DNA of 63,886 nucleotides, the filler included, from Nanobdellota archaeon (GTDB lineage: Archaea > Nanobdellota > Nanobdellia > Woesearchaeales > CAZZGN01), in NCBI GenBank assembly GCA_051819665.1. It is 4 parts of 4 records of this genome, joined end to end, with 100 filler letters (N's around TTAATTAATTAA, not from the genome) between each part and the next. Parts side by side here need not be neighbours in the genome. Positions count along the whole stretch, not along the records: positions 37,947 to 56,269 come from JBNJDG010000019.1; 3 more parts are not named here. One strand, given 5' to 3'. The number at the start of each line of letters is the position of its first letter. Positions within the stretch are counted from its first letter, which is position 1. The notes under the pieces were generated by a model. The model saw nothing but the letters and a program-made list of their open reading frames with translations, was not told where the DNA came from and searched no databases. Shown here piece after piece: positions 38,571 through 48,113 of the stretch. A program made the translations under genes and the position numbers.

Positions 38571-39096
38571 CAATATTATCACCGACTGAATTCAGCCTAA
38601 GCCTCAGATAAAATTCAGGGTCTTCCTTCTCAAGCGACCTTATCTTCGAATCTGTAAGTACTGATGGATTTACCTTCATGTTAAGCTCTTTTTCTAAACT
38701 CCTGAACAATCCTGCAATCTCCACTGATTTCTTATCGGTCTTTATCCAAAGATCTATATCACTATATTCATCATCTGTGCCATTCGCAAAACTGCCATAG
38801 ACACCTATCTTACCTAACTTTTTCAGTTTCTTATAGCTTTTAGTTGAGATCAGCCTATTATAATTAAGAAGTGACCTTATCAGCCTTACTTCAGGATTTT
38901 CTCTATTTATAGATAGCATCAATCTATTCTTCTCCTTTGATTTAATAATAAATTTGCTATATTTTTTTGCAAATTGTGTTACAGTTGCCGGAGAGATTTT
39001 TAGTTTTTCAGAAACTTCCCTTACATGAGAAGGTTTTTTTGAAATTGTTTCAAATATCATGATGTTTTTTTGAGTGAAAAATTTTGAAATGTTCAT
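38563..39096 (-). CDS. HTH-fused minimal nucleotidyltransferase (MNT antitoxin-like)
   Basis: HVREVSEKLKISPATV HTH; VYGSFANG....SDIDL. Confidence 0.9.
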   Translation of the reverse strand: MNISKFFTQKNIMIFETISKKPSHVREVSEKLKISPATVTQFAKKYSKFIIKSKEKNRLMLSINRENPEVRLIRSLLNYNRLISTKSYKKLKKLGKIGVYGSFANGTDDEYSDIDLWIKTDKKSVEIAGLFRSLEKELNMKVNPSVLTDSKIRSLEKEDPEFYLRLRLNSVGDNIDD

Positions 39097-39194
39097 AATT
39101 TGTGAACAAAATGTTTTTTATATTTAAACATTTTGTTTTTTTGACTGTGCCAAAAAACATAAGATTATTATATTCAGCAAGAAAAGTTGAACCC

Positions 39195-39425
39195 ATGAAG
39201 AATATATACAAGACAATATTAATTATATTGGCCATAATCATTGGGATTCTCATAATCATAAAAGCGGCATACACCGTTATCTATAAGATGAAATATGAGG
39301 AATGCATGAGCCAGGATATAGAACCTGTATATGACAATGAAACAGGTCATTGGACAAACAGATGCCCCGAAGGATGCACAATAGGATCATGCTTCGGAGT
39401 CCAGACAGCATGCTGTCCTGAATGA
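39195..39425 (+). CDS. Small membrane-anchored Cys-rich protein
   Basis: N-terminal TM segment then six Cys. Confidence 0.55.
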   Translation: MKNIYKTILIILAIIIGILIIIKAAYTVIYKMKYEECMSQDIEPVYDNETGHWTNRCPEGCTIGSCFGVQTACCPE

Positions 39426-39560
39426 CACTGGTAATCGTTTGTAGGTTCTGCCCAGGATATATACTTTCCTGAATTGCACTGTTCGAAAGAACACTGAATC
39501 CTAATAAAGGAGAAGAAATTCATAAAATTTAAAAAAGAATAGGACACGCCAGACAAGAAT

Positions 39561-40259
39561 ATGGCTAAATCGAGAAATCTAATTTTGGGGGTGCTGGTAG
39601 TTACTATACTTGCTATCGCAGGTTGCAGTCCAGCAGAGCAACAGACAACAGAACAAGAAGGTCCTTTAGACCAGGAAAGCCCGGGAGAACAGACAAGCCC
39701 GGAAGAAAGCCCATCACCTATAACCGGTGAGGCTGTAGCTACTGTCAATGGCGAGGAAATAACAAATGAAGAAGTTACAGCGATGAGACAATCGGCAGCT
39801 CAACAGAGACAGAACCTGTCCAGCGAGGATGCCCTTGAGCAGGCGATCAACAATGAACTGCTTTCCCAGAAAGTTGAAGAAGAAGGATATACTGTGACCG
39901 ATAAAGAAGCTGAGGAACAGATGGAATCACAGCTTGCCCAGCAGGGAGCATCCCTTGAAGATTTCAAGGCTCAACTGGAAGAGAGAGGCATGTCATTTCA
40001 GGATCAGCTGGATTCTCTGAAAGAACAGCTTGCTATGCAGCAATTCATCGATGATAATGTCGATGTGAATGTAAGTGAGCAGGAAGCTCAAGAATACTAT
40101 CAGATGTACAAACAGCAGGCCTCAGGAGAAGAAGAGATCGGCTCTTACGAAGAGGTAAAGCCCCAGATAATGAGTGCTCTTGAGCAGCAGAAAATGCAAA
40201 AGGAGACAGAATCACTGCTCAAAGAGCTGAGAGAAGAAGCAGAGATCAATTACAACTGA
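39561..40259 (+). CDS. SurA N-terminal-domain lipoprotein (chaperone-like)
   Basis: Lipobox IAGC; AVATVNGEEIT; LKELREEAEI. Confidence 0.85.
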   Translation: MAKSRNLILGVLVVTILAIAGCSPAEQQTTEQEGPLDQESPGEQTSPEESPSPITGEAVATVNGEEITNEEVTAMRQSAAQQRQNLSSEDALEQAINNELLSQKVEEEGYTVTDKEAEEQMESQLAQQGASLEDFKAQLEERGMSFQDQLDSLKEQLAMQQFIDDNVDVNVSEQEAQEYYQMYKQQASGEEEIGSYEEVKPQIMSALEQQKMQKETESLLKELREEAEINYN

Positions 40260-40346
40260 TAGGATCTTTATCCTATTTTTTTATTAATTCTTAACAGGCA
40301 TAATATTTCCGATAAACTTATATAAGCTGAAGAAACAGAGAAGTTC

Positions 40347-41063
40347 ATGAGAACAGCATATCTATTGATAATCATAACCCTTATCTCTATCGCAGGGTGT
40401 GCCGAACAGGATATAGGTCCGGAAGAGACCCAACAGGAAACATTTGATGGAGAGAAAAGATTCGAAGAGAGGATAAACAACACTTACCTGAAAGGAGGAT
40501 ATGAAATAAAAGTTTACAAGAGCTCACCTTCCAGCGGAGGAAGTAAGGAAGATTCCGAGACAAGGATAATAAAGAGATCCGAACTGGAAAACATAACAGA
40601 GAAAATAAGAAAAATGGAACTGGCCGGTTCTTTCGAAACAGCAGGGAGAGAATGCTATTATTCAGGGAAGGAAGGGCCAAATCATTTTGTATGCTTTTCA
40701 GAGCATAGGATCGTCAATTATATAGAGAAAGACGGCAGGGAATATTACCGGTGGAACAAGAAAGGATCCGGTTTTGACATAGGCAGGAGTGTTCTAATCG
40801 ACAAAGGAGTTAAAGAATGTAAAATGGATTCTGATTGTACTTTGACCACTAAAGGTGTCTGCGATCCTGAAAACAGATGCGAAGAAGGAGAAGTTGGATG
40901 TGACTCCGGATGCAGGACAGCGATAAATTCGGAAAAGGCTTTTGCATGGAGTTTTGTACCATATAAGGAAGATGAATGTCTTCATGATGAATGCATAGAT
41001 GGAGAAGGATCATTCGAAGCGGTCTGCATGGACAACAGTTGCATGGCGAAGATCGTTGATTAG
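40347..41063 (+). CDS. Putative lipoprotein with Cys-rich C-terminus
   Basis: Lipobox IAGC; EC..DSDC...C pattern. Confidence 0.75.
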   Translation: MRTAYLLIIITLISIAGCAEQDIGPEETQQETFDGEKRFEERINNTYLKGGYEIKVYKSSPSSGGSKEDSETRIIKRSELENITEKIRKMELAGSFETAGRECYYSGKEGPNHFVCFSEHRIVNYIEKDGREYYRWNKKGSGFDIGRSVLIDKGVKECKMDSDCTLTTKGVCDPENRCEEGEVGCDSGCRTAINSEKAFAWSFVPYKEDECLHDECIDGEGSFEAVCMDNSCMAKIVD

Positions 41064-41130
41064 GGAATTATCCTGAATTCCCGATAGAACAGCGAAAGGT
41101 TTTTTAACAAAAGATCCCATAGGATAAGTC

Positions 41131-41784
41131 ATGGACGAAGAACATTTGATAGAAAAGACAAAAGCATATGCCAAGGATAAACTCTCCGGCGAGGGTTCCG
41201 GCCATGACTGGTGGCACACCTACAGGGTATGGAAGACTTCTATAAGACTCGGCAAGGAAGAGAAAGCAGATCTGTTCACAATCCAGCTTGCAGCACTTCT
41301 GCATGATATATCTGACTGGAAATTCAATGACGGAGATACGGATGCAGGGCCAAGGATCGCTGGAGAATTCTTAGAAGGATTGGATGTTGATAAAAAAATA
41401 ATAAAGGATGTAAAAGAGATAATAAGAGACATGTCGTTCAAGGGAGCAAAGGTAAGTTCACCCATGAGAACTAAAGAGGGAGAGGTTGTCCAGGACGCTG
41501 ACCGTCTAGACGCGATAGGTGCAATAGGTATAGGCAGGACTTTCGCTTACGGCGGGAATAAAGGAAGGGAGATGTATAATCCAGAGACAGAGCCAAAAGA
41601 GCATGGGTCATTTGAAGAATATAAGAAGAACGAAGGGACGACGATAAATCATTTCTACGAGAAATTGCTCTTGCTGAAAGACAGGATGAACACGAAATCT
41701 GCTAAAGAGATGGCTGAGAAAAGACATATGTTCATGAAAGAATTTCTTGACAGATTCTTCCTTGAATGGGAAGGAAAAGAATAG
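41131..41784 (+). CDS. HD-domain phosphohydrolase
   Basis: GHDWWHTYRV, ALLHD, VQDADRLDAIGAIG, HFYEKLLLL. Confidence 0.92.
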   Translation: MDEEHLIEKTKAYAKDKLSGEGSGHDWWHTYRVWKTSIRLGKEEKADLFTIQLAALLHDISDWKFNDGDTDAGPRIAGEFLEGLDVDKKIIKDVKEIIRDMSFKGAKVSSPMRTKEGEVVQDADRLDAIGAIGIGRTFAYGGNKGREMYNPETEPKEHGSFEEYKKNEGTTINHFYEKLLLLKDRMNTKSAKEMAEKRHMFMKEFLDRFFLEWEGKE

Positions 41785-41825
41785 AATCAGAAAATCTTAT
41801 TAAGTATCTAAAAGATAAAACAGGT

Positions 41826-42431
41826 ATGAGATACCTTTTGTTCGGTGCAAGCATAACAGCAGGAGAAACCGATTATGAGAAAGGGGGCTGGGCAAACCAT
41901 CTCAGAAAGGTCCTTGACACTAAAGAGAAACATCGATACTGCCATAACCTGGCAATTTCAGGCAACACTACAAGAGACCTGCTCAGAAGGATTAAGCAGG
42001 AAAGCAAGGAAAGGATAAAGGATAAATCCAAAGAAGAATGGACTATATTCCTCTCTATAGGGACTAATGATTCCCGAATAGAGAATAACGAAGCAAATGT
42101 CCCAAAAGAAGAATATAAGGAGAATGTAGAAAGGCTTTTGAGTATATCAAAGGAACTTGCTGGCAGAGTTATTGTAGTAGGAGCACCACCAGTCATAGAA
42201 AAAGTATGTAACCCGTTCAAAGGACGGCTCTATTTTTACAATAAGAGAATCAGAGAATACGCAGACATGATGAGAGAATGTGCAGAGAAAGAAGATATAG
42301 AATATATAGAGATATTCTCCGGATTAAAAGCCAGGAACGATCTGGAAGAGCTTTACGATGACGGACTTCATCCCAACAAGAAAGGACACGAACTGATCTT
42401 CAATATTATCAGGAAAGAACTTGATCTATGA
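41826..42431 (+). CDS. SGNH/GDSL hydrolase
   Basis: FGASITAG, AISGNTT, IGTND, DGLHPN. Confidence 0.9.
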   Translation: MRYLLFGASITAGETDYEKGGWANHLRKVLDTKEKHRYCHNLAISGNTTRDLLRRIKQESKERIKDKSKEEWTIFLSIGTNDSRIENNEANVPKEEYKENVERLLSISKELAGRVIVVGAPPVIEKVCNPFKGRLYFYNKRIREYADMMRECAEKEDIEYIEIFSGLKARNDLEELYDDGLHPNKKGHELIFNIIRKELDL

Positions 42432-42466
42432 GAATATAATAGTAAAAGAACAGAAAAAAGACAGGC

Positions 42467-43084
42467 TCATTCAAGCCTTTTCTTTATCATCTTCAGCCTG
42501 GAGAAGTTCTCCCTCTCCATCTCCTCAAGCCTCATAGTTATGTAAGTGACATCTTCCCTGAGCCTCGGAAGCATGACCCTCTCAAGAGCATTCACTTTCC
42601 TCTTCGTCTTCTTTATCTCTTCAGAGAGAAGCTCGACGGATTTCTCCATCTCTGCAAGCTTCAGAAGGTTCTTGAGAGCATTATTGAAGTTGGAGGCTGC
42701 AGTATCAAGCTGTGTGCTTGTGGAGATCATCGAATAAGAGGGATTATAATCCTCAAGCTCGATATCATACTGAGGCACCCTGACACCCATGACTGTCTTC
42801 CTGGTCTCTTTAACATCAGGTATCTCTTTCGCTGAATCAGCTGCCCTCTTGACCTCTTCAACACCATCAACAGCCTGGGCCATGATCAATGACCTGTAGG
42901 ATTCCTCAAGCTCCTTCTCCACTTCTTTCCTCTTCTTCTTGACCTTATCCACGAGAGTGAAGAACTCGCTGATAAGAGCGTCCCTCTTCTGTTTCAGGAG
43001 CTTGTGTCCCTTGCTTGCCAGTTTGATCTTCTTCTTCCTGGCAAGAAGTTCCATCCTTGTGGCTGCTTTCAGATCTGATGCCAT
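42467..43084 (-). CDS. atpD: A/V-type ATP synthase subunit D
   Basis: TRMELL, GHKLLKQKRDAL, TKRKVNALE. Confidence 0.96.
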   Translation of the reverse strand: MASDLKAATRMELLARKKKIKLASKGHKLLKQKRDALISEFFTLVDKVKKKRKEVEKELEESYRSLIMAQAVDGVEEVKRAADSAKEIPDVKETRKTVMGVRVPQYDIELEDYNPSYSMISTSTQLDTAASNFNNALKNLLKLAEMEKSVELLSEEIKKTKRKVNALERVMLPRLREDVTYITMRLEEMERENFSRLKMIKKRLE

Positions 43085-43086
43085 TT

Positions 43087-44463
43087 TTATTCCTCGTAAT
43101 ACTTGTCGATGTGTTTCTTTTTGAGCTTCTTGAGCTCATTCTTCGGAAGCTCCTTGAAAAGCTCCCAGCCGGTCTTGAGAGAGCTCTCGATGCCTCTCTC
43201 CTCATCATATCCCTGCTGGATGAAGGTCTTCTCAAACTGCTCAGAGAACTTGAGGAACTTCCTGTCCCTCTCAGAGAGAGCCTCTTCACCGACAACAGCT
43301 ACAAGGTCACGAAGATCCATGCCTTCAGCATAAGCCGTGTAGAGCTGGTTGGAGACACCAGAATGATCCTCTCTGGTCTTACCTTCGCCGATACCTTCAT
43401 TCATGAGCCTGGAGAGTGAAGGCAGCGGATTTATAGGAGGATAGATACCTTTCTGGTGGAGATCCTTCGTGACAACGATCTGTCCCTCCGTGATGTAACC
43501 TGTAAGGTCAGGGATAGGATGGGTTATGTCTCCCTGAGGCATCGTAAGGATAGGGATCTGTGTCACAGAACCTTTCCTGCCCTTTATCTTTCCTGCCCTC
43601 TCATAAACTGACGCAAGGTCCGTATACATGTATCCAGGGTAGCCTCTCCTGCCGGGGATCTCGTTCCTGGCAGCTGCAATCTCCCTCAGAGACTCACAAT
43701 AGTTGGTCATGTCAGTGAGTATGACGAGGATGTGCATATCATGCTCGAAAGCGAGGTATTCTGCAGTAGACAATGCTATCCTCGGCGTTATGACCCTCTC
43801 GATAGCAGGGTCCTCTGCAAGGTTCATGAAGCCGACCATGTTCTTCAGGGCTCCTGTCCTTTCGAAATCCTTCATGAAGAATCTAGATTCCTCATATGTG
43901 ATACCCATCGCTGCGAATACTACTGCAAACTTGCTCCCTTCTCCAAGTACTTTAGCCTGCCTCGCGATCTGAGCAGCAAGCTTGTTATGCGGGAGCCCTG
44001 CCTCACTGAACAGGGGAAGCTTCTGTCCCCTCACAAGAGTGTTCATCGTGTCTATCGTGGAAACTCCCGTCTGGATGAACTCCTCAGGGAACTCCCTTGA
44101 GGTCGGATTGATCGGAAGACCATTGATATCCTGCATCTTGTCAACTACAACATCAGGAAGTTTGTCTATGGGCCTTCCCAGACCATCGAAGATCCTTCCT
44201 ATCATATCCTTAGAGAGACCCACCTTCATCGTCTCTCCGGTGAACCTTATGGTCGTCTTCCCTGTATCAAGACCGCTCGTGCCTTCGAATACCTGGACTA
44301 CAGCAAGATCCTCTTTTGCTTCAAGGACCTGACCTGTCCTCTTCTTGTTATCTGAGCCAAGAACCTCGACGATCTCGTTATATGAGACGCCTTTGACTCC
44401 TTCCACAACTACCAGGGGACCTGAAATCTCCCTGATTGATGAATATTCAACTTTTTTACTCAT
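43087..44463 (-). CDS. atpB: A/V-type ATP synthase subunit B
   Basis: [45 protein letters not shown]. Confidence 0.97.
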   Translation of the reverse strand: MSKKVEYSSIREISGPLVVVEGVKGVSYNEIVEVLGSDNKKRTGQVLEAKEDLAVVQVFEGTSGLDTGKTTIRFTGETMKVGLSKDMIGRIFDGLGRPIDKLPDVVVDKMQDINGLPINPTSREFPEEFIQTGVSTIDTMNTLVRGQKLPLFSEAGLPHNKLAAQIARQAKVLGEGSKFAVVFAAMGITYEESRFFMKDFERTGALKNMVGFMNLAEDPAIERVITPRIALSTAEYLAFEHDMHILVILTDMTNYCESLREIAAARNEIPGRRGYPGYMYTDLASVYERAGKIKGRKGSVTQIPILTMPQGDITHPIPDLTGYITEGQIVVTKDLHQKGIYPPINPLPSLSRLMNEGIGEGKTREDHSGVSNQLYTAYAEGMDLRDLVAVVGEEALSERDRKFLKFSEQFEKTFIQQGYDEERGIESSLKTGWELFKELPKNELKKLKKKHIDKYYEE

Positions 44464-46234
44464 CGAGACCACCCTTCAACTCTGAAAACTCATTCTTAAT
44501 CTCTTTCATTATCTCGTTTGCATGTTTCTCGAAAGTCTCGTTATCGTGTTCTTTCATCCTTCCGATACTCTCTTTCACTTTCATATCCGAGATAGATTTT
44601 ATTGATACTCCTTTCTTAAGGGCCTTCTCGCCCTCATCCATGAACTCAAGGATAACATCAAGCATCTCTTTCTGCTTCTTGACCGGGCAGAACGCATCCA
44701 CTTCATGGAAAGCATTCTGCTGGAGGAAGTCCTCCCTCAACATCTTGGTTACCTCAAGGATGAGCCTCTCATGTTCAGGCAGTGCATCAGGACCAACAAG
44801 CTGGACGATCTCCTGGAGCCTTTCCTCCTGCTGGAGAAGACCTATGGCCTTGTCCCTTCTCTCTCTCCAGTTTCCGCCTGCTGTCTTGGTGAACCAGTCA
44901 GTGACATCATCAAGATACAGCGAGTATGAAGAGAGCCAGTTGATAGCAGGGAAATGCCTTCTGGAAGCGAGGCTCTTATCGAGCGCCCAGAATACCTTAT
45001 TCACTCTCAGTGTATTCTGTGTCACCGGTTCGGAGAAATCCCCGCCAGGCGGGCTCACTGCTCCGATGATCGTGACCGAGCCTTCATCACCTGCAAGGGT
45101 CTCTACCCTGGATGATCTCTCATAGAACTGCGAAAGCCTTGTTGCAAGGTAAGCAGGATAACCCTCTTCACCGGGCATCTCTTCAAGCCTTCCTGAGATC
45201 TCTCTCATAGCTTCTGCCCATCTTGACGTCGAGTCTGCCATCAGAGCCACTGAATAACCCTGATCCCTGAAATACTCAGCTATTGTCACTCCTGTATATA
45301 CAGAAGCTTCCCTTGCCGCCACAGGCATGTTTGAAGTGTTAGCAATAATGATGGTCCTGTTAAGAAGCGGCTCTCCTGTCCTAGGATCCTTAAGGTTAGG
45401 GAAGGTCTTAAGTACATCAGTCATCTCGTTACCTCTCTCTCCGCATCCGATATAGACGATTATGTCAGCATCGCAATACTTTGCCAGTGACTGCTGAGCA
45501 ACTGTCTTTCCTGCTCCGAAAGGACCAGGGATTGCAGCTGATCCGCCTTTAGCGACAGGGTTGAAAGTATCGAGGATCCTCTGTCCCGTAACCAGAGGAA
45601 CTGTCGGGCCTTTCTTATCCGTAACAGGCCTCGGTTCCCTGACAGGCCATCTCTGAGCCATCTTTATCTCTTTTACTCCTTCCTCTGTCTTTATCTTGGC
45701 CACTACATCATCTACAGTATATTCTCCTTCTGAAACTATTGACTGCACTTTTCCTGAAACATTAGGAGGAGTCATTATCTTATGTTTTACAGTCGTGGTC
45801 TCATCAACCACACCGATTATGTTCCCCCCTTTCACTTCATCTCCAGTGCTTACATTAGGTTTGAAATTCCACTTCTTTTCCTTGTCGAGAGCATCAGCAT
45901 CAACACCCCTGTCGATGAAATCTCCTGATTTCTCCCTTATTATGTCAAGCGGTCTCAGGATACCGTCATATATGCTTGTAATAAGACCTGGTCCGAGCTC
46001 TACTGAGAGAGATTCTCCCGTAGCCTTGACTTCAGCTCCGGGACCTATGCCTGCAGTTTCCTCGTAGACCTGGATCGTCGCCTTGTCCTGTTCAAGCTCG
46101 ATAACCTCGCCGATAAGGTTCTCCTTACCGACCCTCACAAGCTCATACATCTTTACACCGGTCATTCCGCTAGCTTCTACAACCGGCCCTGCTATCTTGA
46201 CAACCGTTCCAGTAACATTCTTTTTCTTAACCAT
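44456..46234 (-). CDS. atpA: A/V-type ATP synthase catalytic subunit A
   Basis: [42 protein letters not shown]; no intein. Confidence 0.97.
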   Translation of the reverse strand: MVKKKNVTGTVVKIAGPVVEASGMTGVKMYELVRVGKENLIGEVIELEQDKATIQVYEETAGIGPGAEVKATGESLSVELGPGLITSIYDGILRPLDIIREKSGDFIDRGVDADALDKEKKWNFKPNVSTGDEVKGGNIIGVVDETTTVKHKIMTPPNVSGKVQSIVSEGEYTVDDVVAKIKTEEGVKEIKMAQRWPVREPRPVTDKKGPTVPLVTGQRILDTFNPVAKGGSAAIPGPFGAGKTVAQQSLAKYCDADIIVYIGCGERGNEMTDVLKTFPNLKDPRTGEPLLNRTIIIANTSNMPVAAREASVYTGVTIAEYFRDQGYSVALMADSTSRWAEAMREISGRLEEMPGEEGYPAYLATRLSQFYERSSRVETLAGDEGSVTIIGAVSPPGGDFSEPVTQNTLRVNKVFWALDKSLASRRHFPAINWLSSYSLYLDDVTDWFTKTAGGNWRERRDKAIGLLQQEERLQEIVQLVGPDALPEHERLILEVTKMLREDFLQQNAFHEVDAFCPVKKQKEMLDVILEFMDEGEKALKKGVSIKSISDMKVKESIGRMKEHDNETFEKHANEIMKEIKNEFSELKGGLDE

Positions 46235-46235
46235 A

Positions 46236-46520
46236 TTAATCTTCCTCCTTGAGTGCTACTCCTATCGTCGATTTGAAAATCTTTGATAACCTTTCCATCG
46301 CAAGCCCCTTATTGCCGCTCTTATCCGGGATCACAGCGAGAGAAGGTTTTACATCACCTACATATTTTGATACCTCCTCCGTCACAATAAGGATCTTACT
46401 GTCCTCAACCTTCTTGAGGTCTTCATCTATCCTGTTCTTATCGAACACTATCCCGTTCTTGACCCCTGCCAGCTCAAAAGCGAGCAGAGTGTCCTCGTCC
46501 GCAATGATTGATACGTCCAT
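46236..46520 (-). CDS. atpF: A/V-type ATP synthase subunit F
   Basis: [23 protein letters not shown]; operon position. Confidence 0.9.
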   Translation of the reverse strand: MDVSIIADEDTLLAFELAGVKNGIVFDKNRIDEDLKKVEDSKILIVTEEVSKYVGDVKPSLAVIPDKSGNKGLAMERLSKIFKSTIGVALKEED

Positions 46521-46521
46521 T

Positions 46522-47568
46522 CTAATCCCTTACCACCAAATGTTTCCAGATATCATCACTCTTGTAAGACTCGGACTTAAGCTTGGTTACTATGTTCAGG
46601 TTCCTGACCTCAAGTTCCTTGTCTATAAGATACTTCACTATGGTACCTGCCTTGAGCGCATGTTTCGCATTGACAGAAGATGATTCCTTCATGAAAGCGT
46701 TATATATGGATGACTCGATCTCCAACGGGTCCGAACCCTTCAAGAATTCCTTATAAAGGCTCTTCGAAAGGATGCTCTCAAGCTGCATATTATCTGATAC
46801 AGACTGGAGCTCTTTCGGACTGATAAAGCCACCCTCTATGAAATCAAGCTCTGTTATACCTTTTATCCTCCTCAAAGCTATCCTTATGTTCACGAGGTCT
46901 ATAGATTTCCTCCAGTAATCGAGGAAGACCTTCGCACCGTCCTTATCCTTCAATACCTTGATCTGTTCAAGCACTTTCTTATAATAATAGATATCAAGCT
47001 GATTAGCAAGATACTCAGGAGTCACATTCGGGTTGGAAGAGACTATATGCTCAAACTCCGTGTCCTTTAGGGCTGCAATGAAAGACTCAACATCATTACA
47101 GGATTCCAGTCTTATCTTAAGATCCTCGTCCTCTATATACTTCAGGCCCTGCGGGCTGTTCCCGCTGATACAACTATTAAGGGCTGATTTAAGATCGTTG
47201 ATGGTGAACCTGAGCTTCATCGCCTCCACGATAGGAGCTACTTTCTTGGGCAGGAATGAGATCATCCATTCATAATTCTCATGAAGATCCTCTTCAAGTT
47301 TCGAGGAGAACTCTCCTACCGACTTAACATTATCGACCATCGAAGCATAATATGTCTCCTCAAGTATAGAGTAAAGCTCCCTCATCGAGGCTGAACCGAC
47401 AAGCTGCTCATACCCTTTTTTCTTAAGCATCAGACCGGCCCTGGAGGAACATCTGGTATTCGCATAGAGGAAAGGAGCCATATCAACAGCCATCTTGACA
47501 GTAGGAGCTATCGCAACCACTCCGACTATTACAGATCCTCCTATAGCTAATGCTATTACCGCATCCAT
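46522..47568 (-). CDS. atpC: A/V-type ATP synthase subunit C
   Basis: YANTR, IDLVNIRIALR, KELEVRNL; N-terminal hydrophobic helix. Confidence 0.9.
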   Translation of the reverse strand: MDAVIALAIGGSVIVGVVAIAPTVKMAVDMAPFLYANTRCSSRAGLMLKKKGYEQLVGSASMRELYSILEETYYASMVDNVKSVGEFSSKLEEDLHENYEWMISFLPKKVAPIVEAMKLRFTINDLKSALNSCISGNSPQGLKYIEDEDLKIRLESCNDVESFIAALKDTEFEHIVSSNPNVTPEYLANQLDIYYYKKVLEQIKVLKDKDGAKVFLDYWRKSIDLVNIRIALRRIKGITELDFIEGGFISPKELQSVSDNMQLESILSKSLYKEFLKGSDPLEIESSIYNAFMKESSSVNAKHALKAGTIVKYLIDKELEVRNLNIVTKLKSESYKSDDIWKHLVVRD

Positions 47569-47570
47569 TT

Positions 47571-48113
47571 TTAAGCCCCTAAAGCCTTGACTATGCTCTG
47601 TCTTATCTGTTTCTTCTTCTCATCAAGCAGGTCAGAGACAGAGAGGTTTATCCTCGTCTCCTTGCCCTTTAGTATAAGCCCGGCTCTCATGTCGCCTTCC
47701 TTGACCTTGCTCGTGTATTTCTTTACAAGGTCCATGTCCTTCCTGTTACAATAGACTTCCATTCCTTTACCGTTCTCTTCAATAGCTTTCTTGATGAAGT
47801 CCTTGTAAGCTTTGGTCTTATTGATCCCTGAAAGAGCCTTCTCTATTACATCAGAGATGATCTTCTCCCTCTCTTCCATATAGTTCTTCCTGCTCTCCAT
47901 CTCGGCAGAGGCCACTTCCCTCTCCTCATAGAGCCTGGCTTCCGATTTTATCCTCTCCTTCTCGGACTCTAGGAAGGAATCAGCCTTCTTCTTATTCTCT
48001 GCAGCGATTGATTCTGCCTTCTGTTTCGCTTCCGATAATATCTTCTCGACTTCATTGTCCGCATTCGATATTATCTTTTCCTTGAGTTTATCTACACCTT
48101 CGATCGTAATCAC
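47571..48113 (-). CDS. atpE: A/V-type ATP synthase subunit E
   Basis: GVDKLKEKI coiled coil, GLIL; position between K and C. Confidence 0.88.
   Translation of the reverse strand: MITIEGVDKLKEKIISNADNEVEKILSEAKQKAESIAAENKKKADSFLESEKERIKSEARLYEEREVASAEMESRKNYMEEREKIISDVIEKALSGINKTKAYKDFIKKAIEENGKGMEVYCNRKDMDLVKKYTSKVKEGDMRAGLILKGKETRINLSVSDLLDEKKKQIRQSIVKALGA

Noticed and set aside
37579..39096. RtcB as a dedicated repair partner of the adjacent RelE/HEPN RNases
   Set aside because: An artificial gap separates them, so adjacency may not be real
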